A stretch of DNA of 62,815 nt, counting the filler, from Choristocarpus tenellus KU-1152 (taxonomy: Eukaryota; Protista; Phaeophyceae), in assembly GCA_964200185.2 (NCBI GenBank). It is 10 parts of 10 records of this genome, joined end to end, with 100 filler letters (N's around TTAATTAATTAA, not from the genome) between each part and the next. Parts side by side here need not be neighbours in the genome. Positions count along the whole stretch, not along the records: positions 60,039 to 62,815 come from CAXNAD020024838.1; 9 more parts are not named here. One strand, given 5' to 3'. The notes under the pieces were generated by a model. It searched no databases, was not told the origin of the DNA, and saw only the letters and a program-made list of their open reading frames with translations. Positions 62,424 to 62,815 of this stretch are shown one piece after another. Position 1 is the stretch's first letter. The number at the start of each line of letters is the position of its first letter. The position numbers and the translations under genes were made by a program.

Positions 62424-62715
62424 GTGAGCCCCTCAAAGTGCTTCAGTCTCCGTGGTAACTGTGATGTTGTGGTAACTGTAATGTTGTGAAGGGCAGCGTT
62501 TCGTTGTTTGTGCACTATCTCTGGGAGTGTACCTCAATGATGTGGTCCTCTCTTGTGTTGCTGAGTTGTGAGGAGCAAGAATGATGTGTTATGTACCTCC
62601 CGCTGCTTTGGACATGGTGTGTGATTGGAGTGTCACCTCCCCATTACTCTTGTCATGCATGTCCTGTATGTTTTTACATGCATTGCTATTGTAAGCTTCA
62701 GGTCCTGTGATCCCC

Positions 62716-62751
<36 letters not shown>

Positions 62752-62815
62752 TTAAGCCCCTCCTGGTCGGGGAGGGGGTGGATCTGGGGGGGTGGCGTCG
62801 GAGTGAAGAAAAAAA

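Overview
This is eukaryotic, intron-rich DNA, most likely from a brown alga or close phaeophyte relative, judging by a phaeophyte-type 18S relic, intron style and intronic TTAGGG runs. It is not one locus. Ten short contigs are joined by identical artificial 100-nt linkers (N44-TTAATTAATTAA-N44), so adjacency across linkers means nothing. The recognisable host genes are mostly partial and spliced: SNAPC3, a SulP/SLC26 transporter with a probable GC-AG intron, an EHD ATPase, SF3B2 head-to-head with a BTB-BACK gene, a gamma-butyrobetaine dioxygenase-like enzyme and acetyl-CoA synthetase. The rest is mostly decayed mobile DNA: an 8-exon DUF7869/Sola1-like transposase pseudogene, a 259-bp MITE family, Copia, Gypsy, RTE and CRE-like remnants, and an 18S rDNA pseudogene split by a nested insertion. 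The best candidate for something new is contig 8, where an intact-looking spliced ParB/Srx-fold gene (DGNHR motif) lies about 110 bp downstream of a two-subtype array of ~270-bp tandem repeats.
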